A DNA stretch of 51,470 nucleotides from Octopus bimaculoides (taxonomy: Eukaryota): positions 72,333,305-72,384,774 of the forward strand of contig NC_068984.1 in the NCBI RefSeq assembly GCF_001194135.2, written 5' to 3'. The position numbers and the translations under genes were made by a program. The notes below the pieces were generated by a model. That model had not been told where the DNA came from. It did no database searches and worked only from the letters and a program-made list of their open reading frames with translations. Numbering within the stretch: position 1 is the stretch's first letter; each line of letters opens with the position of its first letter. Positions 13,990 through 27,910 of the stretch are shown piece by piece.

Positions 13990-14496
13990 NNNNNNNNNNN
14001 NNNNNNNNNNNNNNNNNNNNNNNNNNNNNNNNNNNNNNNNNNNNNNNNNNNNNNNNNNNNNNNNNNNNNNNNNNNNNNNNNNNNNNNNNNNNNNNNNNNN
14101 NNNNNNNNNNNNNNNNNNNNNNNNNNNNNNNNNNNNNNNNNNNNNNNNNNNNNNNNNNNNNNNNNNNNNNNNNNNNNNNNNNNNNNNNNNNNNNNNNNNN
14201 NNNNNNNNNNNNNNNNNNNNNNNNNNNNNNNNNNNNNNNNNNNNNNNNNNNNNNNNNNNNNNNNNNNNNNNNNNNNNNNNNNNNNNNNNNNNNNNNNNNN
14301 NNNNNNNNNNNNNNNNNNNNNNNNNNNNNNNNNNNNNNNNNNNNNNNNNNNNNNNNNNNNNNNNNNNNNNNNNNNNNNNNNNNNNNNNNNNNNNNNNNNN
14401 NNNNNNNNNNNNNNNNNNNNNNNNNNNNNNNNNNNNNNNNNNNNNNNNNNNNNNNNNNNNNNNNNNNNNNNNNNNNNNNNNNNNNNNNNNNNNATA

Positions 14497-14529
<33 letters not shown>

Positions 14530-16477
14530 TCATATACACACATACGTATATATATTCATTTTATGACGTATACATCTATTTGGCATATGTTGAGGTATTC
14601 ACGAAGGGGATATAATTCTGATGTTTTGTATGCTATGTATATACAAAGTATTATGCCGTGCGAACAAAAGGAAATTTCTGTGTTTTTTTTTCCATATATA
14701 TTTTATTATGTGTCCGAATGTTGACTACTCTAGTGTAAGAGTGCTACATACAATGGGGCTACTGATAGTTTACTCCCAAGGAGGATATTTTTCACTAACG
14801 CATAAAGAAGCGGAAAAATTATCCAAACACAGTTTGAAAGTATTTTTTCGTTTCGTTCATTTTATTTCTATTTTTCATTCATCTTATAATTCAGTATATA
14901 TATATTGTTCCAAATCTCCAACACCAATGGTTATATTTTCTAAATTATCGTAATCTACTGATGGAAGTAGATTTCACTGTTTACCAAAGGTATATATAAC
15001 GATGTATAGTTGATCCAAAATACTAATACGTTAAAATATTTGAAAATTGCCCCGATCTCCGTTTACAATTCCTTTCCATTCAGAGATTCATTTTTACAAT
15101 TTTAAGAGCTGGTCGACTGCTATATTTGCCTTCAAGTAACTTTCTTTCTTGGTGAGTCCTTCCAGAACAATGAACTACCTTCCGTACATTAGTTCTATAT
15201 ATAACACAAAATATAGCCAGATATCCTCTGAATTAAGTAAGAGTTCAGGAAAAATTATTCAAAAATAAAAAGAAAATCATCTTGTGTTTATATTTCCATT
15301 AAACATTTGATCTTTCGTGTTCAGAGGTATTCATCAAAGAATAATTATCTCTATTGACTTTGAAGGCAGCAGAATGGAAAGATGCCACTTTTGTTGTTAA
15401 CGTCAGGTCAATATTGATCGACGAAACACATGATTAACGGCACAGAATGTACTGTGTGGTTCATAATATCGATTCTGAACCTTGCGGTCTCTGATACCAC
15501 CATAATCTGCAGCCACCAGGGCACGATATTTTAACGATCTGCACAATTTGTCTAATCACTTGTAAGTGATACGTCCAAGTGGAATTTGGTGATAAAGTTG
15601 TGAGGTATCTTGTCGTATGTACAGTTGTGTGTCTGTGAGTGTGTGCGCGAATGTGTGTATGGATGCGTTCCTATGATGATTATCTTTAAGTTTTTCAACT
15701 AGTGATTTGTTCGTTAGATACGTGTTTAAAGGTGACGCTGTTGTTCAGAAAACTCATGTATTCAATCATTGACCATTGCCTTATTCAAGCATACATCTTT
15801 ATATTTTTCATATGCATTACTTTGTCTATTTGCTTTAAAATCAACGTTAATGTGCATCGTTTATTTTTCATTTCTTCACGTAAAACACATTAAATATCGT
15901 TGAAATTTGCATCGTAACGAATAAACAGTGTCCAAATTATTTAAATGAATTTCGAGATGGATGAAGTCGAACAGTTTGCTGTTTAGCTTTGACTACGATT
16001 GGTTAACGTATATCAGATAACTATCGGATTTTTTTAACTTTTCAAGGAATTGTCTACTGCAGAATCTGTCGTTGTGCTTCCAATTTGCATGCAGGGAAAT
16101 ACATTGTTTTTAAGAAAGATTTCATGAACAATATATACATATTCATTATACGTAGATCTTATGAGACTTTTATATTTGCTGTTCCATTAGGATGTAGTTG
16201 ATCAAGTTATCGAATACTAATTCGAGTGCATCCACGTAGAGGTTGATCATATTATTTACTGGTTGCTGATGGACAATAATTCTAAGACTGAATGAAATGG
16301 TTCAAGTTACAGTGAGAATTTTTACTAGATTTATTCTTAGTTTAAAATTCTCTTTTAGAAAGGAAAAAAGGCAACAAATCAGCAGAATCGTTGTCTTGTA
16401 TGATAAAATGTTTTGCGATATTTGCCCGTGTTATGTTTTAGATTGGAAATCACGTCAAATTTAATATCCTTTCTCTT

Positions 16478-16666
16478 TTAAATCATTAGCAGCAAATAGG
16501 AGCCGTGAGAAGCACGATGGCTTGCAAAATATTCTTCCGCTCTAAATTCACATTGCGCCGATGATTCACCCCAACAACTGGCCACGATGAAAGCGTCAAC
16601 GCTTGAGGTAGCATTGTACATTTTTACTACATCTATCCAGCTGGGATATATACCAACAAACATATA
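16478..16666 (-). CDS. Candidate terminal exon (YMFVGIYPSWIDVVKMYNATSSVDAFIVASCWGESSAQCEF...)
   Basis: Acceptor cgttttag is followed by 62 open codons to TAA. No homology recognised. Confidence 0.22.
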   Translation of the reverse strand, partial: YMFVGIYPSWIDVVKMYNATSSVDAFIVASCWGESSAQCEFRAEEYFASHRASHGSYLLLMI

Positions 16667-16704
16667 CTAAAACGATAACGACACGCGTACGCACGCATGC
16701 ATAC

Positions 16705-16746
<42 letters not shown>

Positions 16747-18021
16747 TACGATATATGTAAACAAACAAATGAAGTTTGCTTTTAGAAACGTTGAGATGTC
16801 TTAGAAAGTTAAAGAAGGGATTTTAAATTCTCAAACGCAGGATAATGCTAATAATATAGCGTGAACAGGATAAGCTAGCCCTATTTTGCAGAAAAAGTGT
16901 TGGCGGCCAGTAAAATATTACTCAGAAACGAAAGGTAGAATAAAATCGTAGGGATAAATTGGAGTGTTGCTAAGGGTTAAAAGAAAGTCTGATTTGCTAA
17001 GGGCATTAATTAAACTGGTGTTGGTGCTTTTAAATATATGTCTGCTTTTAAACATAAGTAGTTTCATGAAAGACGTTCTCTGTATGTGTCTACTGACATT
17101 TTAATGAGTTCTCGCTTTATTAATGTGACACGGTGTAATTTGAGAGTGCCTTCTACGAAATTTTCAGAAAGACCGAGCAACCGGAATTTAGTAGTTTTTG
17201 TAGTGTTCCATGCAACATGTGATGATGTTATATTTCTGTGCGGAATGTCAGAACACTCAAATATCGCCCCATTTCAACAAATAATAAAGGTGCTATAGAT
17301 GGTTACACAGAATGTATCATATACGTAATTCAAGCTACAAATGTATGAGAATTTGTAATTTCAAATAGGTATGCATAGCATATACGAAGAAGTCTATCAA
17401 TTTGGAACATTTAAAAGAGGGATATAGTTTTAATGAATTTTTAAAAGTTAATTTTCATGAGAATATTAGCTTCATAGCACCAGGTCAGAAATTATAACCA
17501 ACATATTGTTGTCACAAAATACCAATTCCCTTTTTGATAAATGTTTGCTTTGCGTTAGATTTAATTTCATTTTTTGCTGACTAATAATAAATTATAGAAG
17601 CTATTACAAAAAATGTTCACTTATACATAGATACAAAACTATATGTGTGTATACAAATATATGTCTGTGTACATATATGCATATGTGTATAAACACACAC
17701 ATGCATACACACAAACGCACACACACACACATATATATATATACACGTATATACATATATATGCATGTATATAGTATTAATATATGTAAGTATTATGTAT
17801 GCATATATGTATGTAAGTGTTAGATTACTGCTTACGTTTCATTTTCCATTTGCTGTACACGAAAATACTTGTGCATTGCATTGAAATAATCCAAACTTTA
17901 GGGTAGGTTTAAAATCTAAAATGCACAACGGATTATGTTCAAATTTTGTAAAGATACAAAATTAATTTAAGTATTGATATCATATCTATCATATAAATCT
18001 CTTGCAGTGAGATATATATCA

Positions 18022-18200
18022 GCAAAATAAGGAGACATTATACAAAACAATATAACATATCACACAGTCGTTAATGAATTCCATACCAAAACAATACTAC
18101 TGTAAAAAGGAAAAATATATATTACAGAAAAATAGCAATAAGCAGGATAATGTAAAAGAAATTAAAGAACACTACCAAGATATTGTGAAGAAGCCGTGAA
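18022..18200 (+). repeat. Left arm of diverged ~180-bp inverted repeat (partner 19188-19368)
   Basis: tattacagaaaaatagcaa, aaattaaagaacac and aatataacatatcaca match the reverse complement of 19188-19368. Confidence 0.8.
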
Positions 18201-18649
18201 CTTAAAATGTGTTGACGGCTTTATTTTGGATGTGTAATTGTCTTCATGCTTAAGAATTCTTCAAATGCATATACTAAAGGGAAATATTGCTTTTAGCTTT
18301 TATATGAAAGATAACATTTTTTCTAGAAAAATATATATTGTTGATAACTGTTTATTTACTTTAGTGGTATATTATCAAATGATGTGCTGAATCGAAGGTT
18401 CCACCTTATTTGGTTGCACTTCAAAGTATTATCTCGGGATTTATCGACGCTATCCACTTCTGTGTATACTTGCATACTTTCGTTTTGTCATCGGATGAGG
18501 CTTTTCTGGGTGTTTATACATTCACTTGTCATTATGCAACGTTTCTCATTGAAAGAAATTCAAATTCAGTCATGCATGTTAATGTATTCCACGGTGTTCT
18601 GAAAGAAAGCATGTGGTAAATTGTTTCTTCTGAACTCCAAATATTCTAA

Positions 18650-19370
18650 AGAGACTTAATAGGATTTGGTCCTCACTTTATGATTATAGACGCTTTACAG
18701 CAATGATGTCCAATCATTTGGAAAATATATCTTTATTGTTCCCCGGATACATTATTGCCGTAATAATTTTGAAAGTTGTGGGGTAACACACTATCGTTTT
18801 CTCGTTCATATGGGCGTGTATTCCTTCATTCGTGCTTACCTAATTGCTTACCTTCCGTCAGCCAGAGAAGCGTTGTATCCTGTTCATTCATCATTTGTTA
18901 AATATCATTTGAAATGGTTAAGAGTGTTTCTAAATATTTTTATCGGAAATTTGAGATGCTAAAACCACCTGTAAGTTCCTTCTGGTGAGTTTTGGTGTTG
19001 CCTTGTGTTGATGTCATCTGAAGACTCTATAGATATTCTGCTGGTAATCTTAATAATTTTTTTTCCGTTGTGATTGAATCACGTCTCCCCTATACTCTTC
19101 AAACTTCCTGTTCTTGGTACTGAATAATAATATATCTTTTGGCTTGAGTGAAAGATTCGTTTTCTACAAAATATCTTTGATATATTTTGTTTACAGCTTC
19201 TTTACAATTTCTCGCAGGTGTTCTTTAATTTCCTTTTACCTTTTTCCTCTTTGTTGCTATTTTTCTGTAATATCCTCTTCCTTTTTGCAGTAGTAATGTT
19301 TTGCTATGGACTTCACTAATAATCATGTGATATGTTATATTATTTTGTATAATTTCACTTTATTTTGTTT
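18650..19370 (-). pseudogene. Highly decayed non-LTR retrotransposon RT fragment, R4/Dong-like
   Basis: Minus-strand peptides LWLTEG, IVCYPTTFKIITAI and EQ occur in the order expected for WLTEG...RPITCLPTxYKxLT...EQKG. Many stops. Confidence 0.45.
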
Positions 19371-21717
19371 ACCGTGTTTGTTCTTTCATATTTTTCTACA
19401 TCACCTGGAGCTTCCTACTGTGGTTACGGCCTACTATCTACTTCAACAAGTGCTATTGAGTTTAGTCTACGTTTTCATTAAATCCATGCTTTCCATGTTT
19501 ACTGTTTCTATAAGCTAAGGTGCTTTCAGTGATAAATTGTATTCTTCGATCAGTACTTTATCTAGAGCATAGAAAGATATTATATGGGTTTTAAAACTTT
19601 ACAGGCTTCCAGATTTAGACACAATGTTCATTATTTTCACCTAGAACAGAGTCTTGTATTATAGAATCATAAACATATATAATAATACATGTTCAGATAT
19701 ATCACGTGTACGTGCATCTAATTTGTTAGTGGTTAATCTTTATAACATCACATTTAAGTAATACTTTGTATCCATTAAACATTTCATTCTTCCAATCAGC
19801 AATATGTGATTAATCATTTATATGGCATACGACAGATCTTATTTAAATCTACCCTCGCTTATAACATTTATAACTCATAATTATAGAAACCCAATTTTAC
19901 GAAATAGCATTCAATGTAGATTCGAAGACCCACATTATGTACAATCTCACTAGTGATCTATTGATATGGGATTGATTTTAAAAGCAAGCGTATGTGCTAA
20001 TGTTTGGTATGTAACACATGCATATATCCAATTCTTCGTATCTGAAATGAAACAGCATTCACAAATGTGTCAATTAATTGACATAGTAGAGAGTGCGGAG
20101 GGCTGAATCAATAAAGTGGTAGTCATATAATTTAAAGATAGCCAGTCACTCTTAAGAACTGCAATTATCCATGTTTAAGAAACGCTACTCTGTAAGTTTC
20201 ATGCCAACGTTTCATTCTCAGATTGGGACTGCGATTTTCAATTGAATTGAATTTATTAATGCATTTGTATAACTATATTTAGGAGGAACGCTTTATTGAT
20301 TGAACATTTATACTAAAACTATAACCTCCCTTATATGAAAGAAGGATGGGTCTTGTATCATCATTCTTCTTCATACACGTGTAAGTTCGATGGCTTCATT
20401 ATACAAAACTCCACTATCAAATGCTCCAGGTAAGTAAAATTGTGGACTTTGGGCTAAAATATAATAATAAATACGTCCTTAAACGAAAGTACAACAGATT
20501 TAAGTTATAAAATATTAGAGCAAATTGTTCCTTACTTTTAGTCACAATCCCCCAGAGGAAGAGCACTTATGAAAGGCATTTTTGCCATGACCCTCTCATC
20601 CTCCTAGATATATTTGATCTAAATTATATTGCCCTATATGTCTTTAACTGCAAATAGTCTAGAGCGAGGTTCTAGATAAATCTGGCGCATGTCGGACGGC
20701 CACTAGAAGTTCCGTTAGCCTCCTTATTAAGGGTTGTTAGTAGCCACATGTGCATATAACGGTAGCAAGAACAACTAAACAAACAAAATTATCAATTTGA
20801 TTAATATAAGCAATAAAGATTTAGTATACCCTAAAAATATCATATTTGATTTTTTTTCACCTAGTAACTATTTATGTCACGTTAACAAAGCAACTCGGTG
20901 ATTCCAGATAAAACATTCCCTAGATTCTTTTATAAATGCTGCTAGTTTGTCGGTATTCTTGCTTGTGTTTTTAATGTTCAGGATTAATCATTGGTTTGAA
21001 AACTGGCAATAAAACAGCAGGGACGATATCCTTATACTTGATGTTATTGCTGAACGATTTGTTTTCTTCGTTTAGTATTCACTTTCCCGTTGTTGATGTC
21101 CGATGTTGAAATGCAATCTCCACGTTGGATATCAACAAACATAATACGGGCAAAATAAAGATTCAATAAAATTTTAAAAAAGCTTATTTAAATTAAGCAC
21201 TAGAAGACGCGGTATATTTCTATCCCTCCTACTAAAAAAACCATAAAATAGAAAAAAAATTTAAATTATATGATTGACAAGGCTGTTAATAATCAATAAA
21301 AAATATCAATTATACAAGAATCCCTAGAATTGTGAAATGGGGAAAGCGAGATCTTGTGAGATATTGTTTTTAATTAATGGAAACTGACACATTGAGAGGA
21401 AGCCTTAGCATTAAAGGACATCGAATACATCACAAGTTATTGCCAATTAATAAATGTCAGAGAAGACATCGCAAAATTCTATGTTTTTAAGCGTTCGTTG
21501 ATATATTGCAGGTGAGCAGTCTTTAATGAGATATTGAATATTCTCTTAGTAACTGCGATTAAGATGAGTGGCTGTTTTAGGAACGCATTTATTAGATACA
21601 TGATTCGGTCCTCCGATCAGAGAGTGTTCGTCTTGTTAGAGTAAGGCTAGTTCAAAATTAGCATAGGAGGCAGTTTATGGTGAAACCTACCTTTACAAAG
21701 CGGGAAGCCTTTCAATC

Positions 21718-21749
<32 letters not shown>

Positions 21750-22162
21750 NNNNNNNNNNNNNNNNNNNNNNNNNNNNNNNNNNNNNNNNNNNNNNNNNNN
21801 NNNNNNNNNNNNNNNNNNNNNNNNNNNNNNNNNNNNNNNNNNNNNNNNNNNNNNNNNNNNNNNNNNNNNNNNNNNNNNNNNNNNNNNNNNNNNNNNNNNN
21901 NNNNNNNNNNNNNNNNNNNNNNNNNNNNNNNNNNNNNNNNNNNNNNNNNNNNNNNNNNNNNNNNNNNNNNNNNNNNNNNNNNNNNNNNNNNNNNNNNNNN
22001 NNNNNNNNNNNNNNNNNNNNNNNNNNNNNNNNNNNNNNNNNNNNNNNNNNNNNNNNNNNNNNNNNNNNNNNNNNNNNNNNNNNNNNNNNNNNNNNNNNNN
22101 NNNNNNNNNNNNNNNNNNNNNNNNNNNNNNNNNNNNNNNNNNNNNNTATATATACATATATA

Positions 22163-22375
22163 TAATCGTTAGCATGCCGGGCAAAATGCTAAAATGCTTA
22201 GAGGTGGTTTGTCCATCTTTACGATCTGACCTCAAATTCCTTGGAGGTCAGCTTTGACTTTCATCCTTTCGGAGTCGATAAAATAAATATCAGCTGAACT
22301 CTAAAGTAGATGCAATTGACATACCCCTTCCATTGAAATTGCTGGCTTTGTGACAAAATTTGAAATCAATATATC
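22163..22375 (+). mobile_element. tRNA-derived SINE (same family as 48913)
   Basis: gttagcatgccgggcaaaatgct...tcaaattcc...ttcatcctttcggagtcgataaaataaat matches other copies in the window. Confidence 0.8.
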
Positions 22376-22421
22376 GTACACTTTGTCAGTATACATAATA
22401 TCCTATGGTAATATGTACGGA

Positions 22422-22711
22422 TCAGCAGGACTCGTTTTGAACACTGTTGATTTCATCATCGACCGAGCATACACTTTCCGACATTGATTTTACACATAGT
22501 ATTTCTAAGGCATAAATGCACAGCAAATATCTGTAACTACTTTGAAGCTCAAATCCAAAACAACGTGGAGTTTTTATGTTCTTAAAAGTCATACGGTTTA
22601 CTGTAAGAGTGGAATTACTGGCCATAGCATATCCTGAAATTAGTAGCCGTACACTATAATCTTCGTAAGTGCTAACCCGCATATACACTAGTAGCAATAG
22701 TACGGTGAAAT
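22422..22711 (-). CDS. Candidate exon, 95 codons (FTVLLLLVYMRVSTYEDYSVRLLISG...CFGFELQ...)
   Basis: Strong acceptor tgtatttacag. Only one frame is open, running 290 nt to TGA, with a hydrophobic start. No family recognised. Confidence 0.3.
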
Positions 22712-22872
22712 CTGTAAATACACACGAACACACATCCACATACACTCAGCCACACAACCAGCACCAACACACGCATATAAAAAACACGGATATACTTATA
22801 TATTATATACATATACCTATATATATATACATATACATATACCTATATATATATATATGTATGTATACATAA

Positions 22873-22933
<61 letters not shown>

Positions 22934-22935
22934 TG
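22873..22935. repeat. (TG)n microsatellite
   Basis: Visible run. Confidence 0.95.
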
Positions 22936-23666
22936 AGTATGTGCGCTTGTGTGCGCGCGCATGTGTTTCAGATTGCTATGTTTCTGAATTATTTTTTAAC
23001 ATTACTTGCTGGCTCGCATAAGTATAAGATATTGAAACAAAATCTTAATGTAATGTCTACATCCTCCTAGTTTCGATTTAGAAACAGGGTTCATTTTTAC
23101 AAGTCAATACAATCATATTCGTCTAAGATCCTTCCTCGTTTTTTAGTTCACTACTATTCCATGAATGAACACTTCAAAAGCAATAAATACAATGGTTATG
23201 AAAATTAAATTAAAAGTATAAGAACATATTCCAAATGTCTCACATTTGTGTAGTAAGAAAAACAATATAATGCAGTTCATAAGAAGATGGATAACAAAAC
23301 TCTGAATGCAGAAGGTTTGCGTGTTAGAGAGGGCTTAACAATAAACAAATCTTGCACCTCAATTGAGCCTCAAGTGGGCATTTTACTAGTGGAGTCAAGC
23401 GTCCGGCCTACACACTTTTTCTACCTCTGTTTATCATTTTTTTCTCCTTTTTTTCGTTCTCACTCCCTTTTTTCTTCTCAATCCTTTTTGTCGAAGAGCA
23501 TAGACACGAGACGTCAAAGACATTTCCATTTTTCCTAGTGTCAAACTAATACACGTTTGTTCTTCTTTCACCTGTCTTCATCCTTTGTTTTCTGTAAATT
23601 TGAACTATATGTGTCTATGTGTGTGCGCCCGCGTGTATGCGCACACACATACATACCCATACGTAT

Positions 23667-23925
23667 GAGGCGGCGTGTAGTTAAGTCATTCGTTCGGGTG
23701 TCGGACTCATGGTCTTAAAATTGTGGTTACGATTCCTGCATCGAGCGACGGGTTGTATACTTGAGCAAAGCAGTTCATTTCACGTTGATCCAGTCAACTT
23801 ACCTGACAAAAATAATTAATCCTGCGACAGACCGGCGTCTGTCCAGGTGGGGGAATATACATGCCATGGAAACCGAGAAAACGGCCCTATGAATCTATAT
23901 GACACGCGAAGGCACATTTTGTTTT
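23667..23925 (+). mobile_element. tRNA-derived SINE (second family)
   Basis: A/B-box-like head (gtgtagttaag...ggttacgattcc), followed by cttgagcaaagcagttcatttcacgttg, a body shared with the minus copies at 28840 and 33935. Confidence 0.7.
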
Positions 23926-23932
23926 CAAATAC

Positions 23933-23967
<35 letters not shown>

Positions 23968-24804
23968 TGCATACATGCATGCACTCTCTTACACACGACT
24001 ATCTATGCTGTATTCTACAATATGTGGTACAGTACCAAAATTCTTCACCATAGATAGAATCTAATCCAATTTACATGGAACATTATCTATACAAAATATT
24101 CATTTCAGTTACACACCTTATCTCTACTTTCTCTTCTTTATCTCGTTCACTGTAGAAACAAATCTTTTGGAACTAATCAATCTTTTCCAAAACTTTACGT
24201 ACAAATTTTACGTAGTCTCTACTACCGTCATGATTTAATACTATAAACGAGACAACAGACATCTGTTGCAACTGCACTTGCAGTTAACTAATATTTAAAT
24301 AGACGTTACATTAGTAAGTGTATCAAAACTGTTTGAAGCATATTTCATGAGCAAAAGTTGGCTGTAATTTTTAAAATAAAACAATTAGAGCAGATGCACT
24401 CGCAGAAGAACGTGTGTGTAATTTAAGCAGAAATGATTTAACAGAAGAAATTAAAGAGAAACTGTAGCCTCACCTCAGAGCGGAGTGCGAATTATATAAA
24501 AAAAAAGACACTATAATCCATTTCCATAATTAAAAGCCCATGGAATAATACACTTTCTAAGGTAACTCAATTAATAATTACTGCTTAAATACAAGAGCAA
24601 ATACTTCATTTCGAAAAAGTAAAAGACAGCTTCGTAAAACTTTTCTCATTTTCCCAAGGCTGAATTTAATAGGATATACATTCCACATGGGTCCCAAAGA
24701 AATTTTGCGAATGTAGTACGGCAAAAAACAAGTACAATGGATTACGTACATACTCAGAAACGAAATAACTGCGCAATAATTACTATAAGTTTATATGTGT
24801 GTGT

Positions 24805-24871
<67 letters not shown>

Positions 24872-24940
24872 CATACATACATACATACATGAATAGATAG
24901 ATAGATAGATAGATAGATAGAGAAACATATNNNNNNNNNN

Positions 24941-24984
<44 letters not shown>

Positions 24985-25020
24985 ATTTACATATATATGT
25001 ATGTATGTATGTATGTATAT
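24805..25020. repeat. (AG)n/(GATA)n/(TA)n compound microsatellite
   Basis: Visible runs, with a 10-N gap. Confidence 0.95.
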
Positions 25021-25399
25021 GTGTGCGTGTGTGAATATATATTTTAAGTATAAAGAAAGAGGAAGTGGGGAGAATGCAAATTATCTAATTGTTGAAGTGA
25101 AATTTTATTCTTCTAGATAGTAACAAAAAAGAAAATAAACTACAATGATGCCTCGGTATACGAGTTAATCTTTCCCGGAAACCGCTCGTAAAACGAAAAC
25201 GCGTAAAACAGAGCAATAATTTCCCATAGTAGCAATATTATAAATTTTAATTAATTCCCGGAAAAATATTTCACTTATAAAATTGATAATGAATAAATAG
25301 CAATTTATCAACGATAAATTGTCAAAATATTTTATGCAACGAAAAAAGAATGTCAAAATCATTTATAATTAAAAGAACCCACATCACCAGTATGAAGGA

Positions 25400-27842
25400 A
25401 ACGACAATACGGGAGTATTAGGAGAGAGAGAAGACGCTTAATGCTCATACAACTTCCAGGTCACTAATAACAAGATCCCGGGACTGTATGGGCTACACAA
25501 GGACCATAAGACGACCGCTGACATAGTGACAGGACAACCAACGAAACCGGTCTGTGGAGCCAATGTTGCGAACAACTACCTGATCTCGTCCCTCCTCTTT
25601 ATGACGATACGCCCTCTGATCAAAATCTCTCCAGATGTGTGTGATAGCACAGAGGAGCTCCTCGGCAGAATCAATGAATGGAACCATGTTTACGTCCTGA
25701 GGAGATGCATAATTGTCAGTATGGACGTAATATACCTATGCCAATCCATTGATATTGATTTTTCTGTGGAGAAATGTGTGGAGGTGATCAGTGAGAGTCA
25801 CGTGGTGTTTCGTGGTGTTATCACATAAGAACTGAGCCTCTTCCTGAGACTGACATGCAACAATGATTACTTAGATAAACATGACCTTAGTCGTTTCTGC
25901 CCCACTAGAATTGGTAAGAGGTAGACCCCTACTATAAATTCTATCGCCAAGAAGACCCCTAGAGAGAAATAGAACGGGTAGCCCAGAGGTCTACGTAACC
26001 CCGAAAACGATGATCGGGTTAAATGGGGTGGTTGCGAGTAACATGACCACACCTAAGGGCCACTTATGTAATCTTTATGACAAGATATACACCCAAGAGG
26101 AAGGTGTAGCCTTCGGTGTCAGTATCACTGGTGATGCCGCTAACCTATTTATGGTATGGTGAAATAGGAAACTTAAAGGAAAATTAGCAGAGCTCTCCAT
26201 AATCCTAACCATGTACTCCCGCTTTGTGGATGATCTGAACATAGTAGCCAAAGCACCCTTACAAAACAATGTTGATGATCTAGAGGCTAACACTATAGAG
26301 AGCATACAGCAAATAGCTAACTCAATCCACCAGCGTATAAATCTAACGATAGACTATCCTAACAAGCACCGTAACTATGGCTTACCGTTTTAGACACGGA
26401 ACTCTGGTTAGAAACTAAGAACAGTAAGGTCCAGTGCCTTCGCTCCTATTCAGTCAGACCCATGGCCTCTATGTACCTTGTTCACACAAACACAGCTGTT
26501 GCTGACAACGCCAAGTTCAACGTCTTTATAGTTGACTTGGTAAGTGTGGTGAGGAATGTGTTTCGAATGTGCGACCCTATGGAATTGGAATGACACATGG
26601 TTCACTTCATCCACCGCATGCAGTTCTCTGGTTACAAAAAGACAGGATTAGAGGGTATAAAGGATCCAGGACTAAGTACAAAACCATCATAGATTGTGAT
26701 GCTAAGGGGATCTGCCCACTATACAGGATTAAATCCAGAAAAAGCACAGAAAGGACCAGAAATAAGACGGATGATGCCAACTCATGGTATGCCAACAAAA
26801 ATATCAGTCTCATGTTCGTTGATGCTACTTTTGGCAAAGAACTAGCATACCTTTTTAGAAAACATTAAGTAACGCTAATTTACGGAATAAAGTAGTAGAA
26901 AGGAATGGTGCCCCTGTAAAATTCCTGATCCGTAGAACTTATCCCTTTGATAAGTCCCCATGTAGGGGGAGAAATTGTACTGTATGTAAGATGAACCCAC
27001 AGGTTAACTAAAGTTAGAGATATAGTGTATAGCTTCCGATGTACTGAGGGATTGTGCAGAAACATGAAAACTACTTACATTGAAGAAACTGTACGTAGCA
27101 TACGGGAGCGTATATGTGAACACTGGTGAGATCTCAAAGAAGAGGCAGACCCTACCAACACACTCAAACAGAACACAGAGGCTCGATCAATAGAATAGAG
27201 GTTTAGGTATTATAGGCGCATAGACATGACATGGCGCTTAGACAGATCACAATGGCTACATACATTATAATAGACAGACTGAGCCTCAATAGAAATCCCG
27301 AATGGATCAGTAACACCCACCACAGCACCATACAACATGACGACTAAAGACAGAAGGGATGAGAGAGAGGGAAAAAGAAAGTAAAATAAAACAGATACAT
27401 ACAGGGTAATAAACACACAATAGACATATATGCACATACCTGTGATAGATATAAGAAATAGAGATAGGTAAGGAAAAATTTAAAAAAGAAAAATAAATAT
27501 AAGAAATAGAGACAGATACACATAAATAAATTTCTATAAAAGCACGGATACAAACAACATAGGAAGCGAACCCATATATACACACAAACACACGCACAGT
27601 AACTTCACAGGGAGCCGCAACAGTATCAACAATACGACTAAAAACAACAGCAACAGCGGTGACAACGATGGCAATAACAACTGCCACGACGGCACCATCG
27701 TGGGCGAACACACAAACGGAGAGATAGGAACTGTACAAAATTTCAGGCCCTAGGACAGCAGCAGCGACAACGGAGGAGGGAATGGAGTTGAGGGGAAGGT
27801 CATAGTACTACTAAGAACAATGACACAAACATACACACGCAC

Positions 27843-27910
<68 letters not shown>

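Noticed and set aside
12680-14724. Long ORFs made of HT/YI/CV repeats and X runs (also at 44-289, 2254-2732, 10993-11465, 21693-22235, 27750-28132)
   Set aside because: Artefacts of dinucleotide microsatellites and N gaps.
18410-18619. Hydrophobic 69-aa plus-strand ORF suggestive of a membrane protein
   Set aside because: No splice signals, and it lies antisense and adjacent to the decayed LINE region.
20335-20429. Short frame MKEGWVLY...IKCS ending at CAG|GTAAGT
   Set aside because: Good donor, but an in-frame stop lies just upstream and there is no usable acceptor or recognisable homology.
16421-21154. 17/18-nt inverted match between 16421-16438 and 21137-21154
   Set aside because: Does not extend; expected by chance in AT-rich sequence of this length.
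21391-21514. Protein-like frame EEALALKDIEY...YCR ending at CAG|GTGAGC
   Set aside because: Preceded by an in-frame TGA, with only GAG acceptors lacking a pyrimidine tract.
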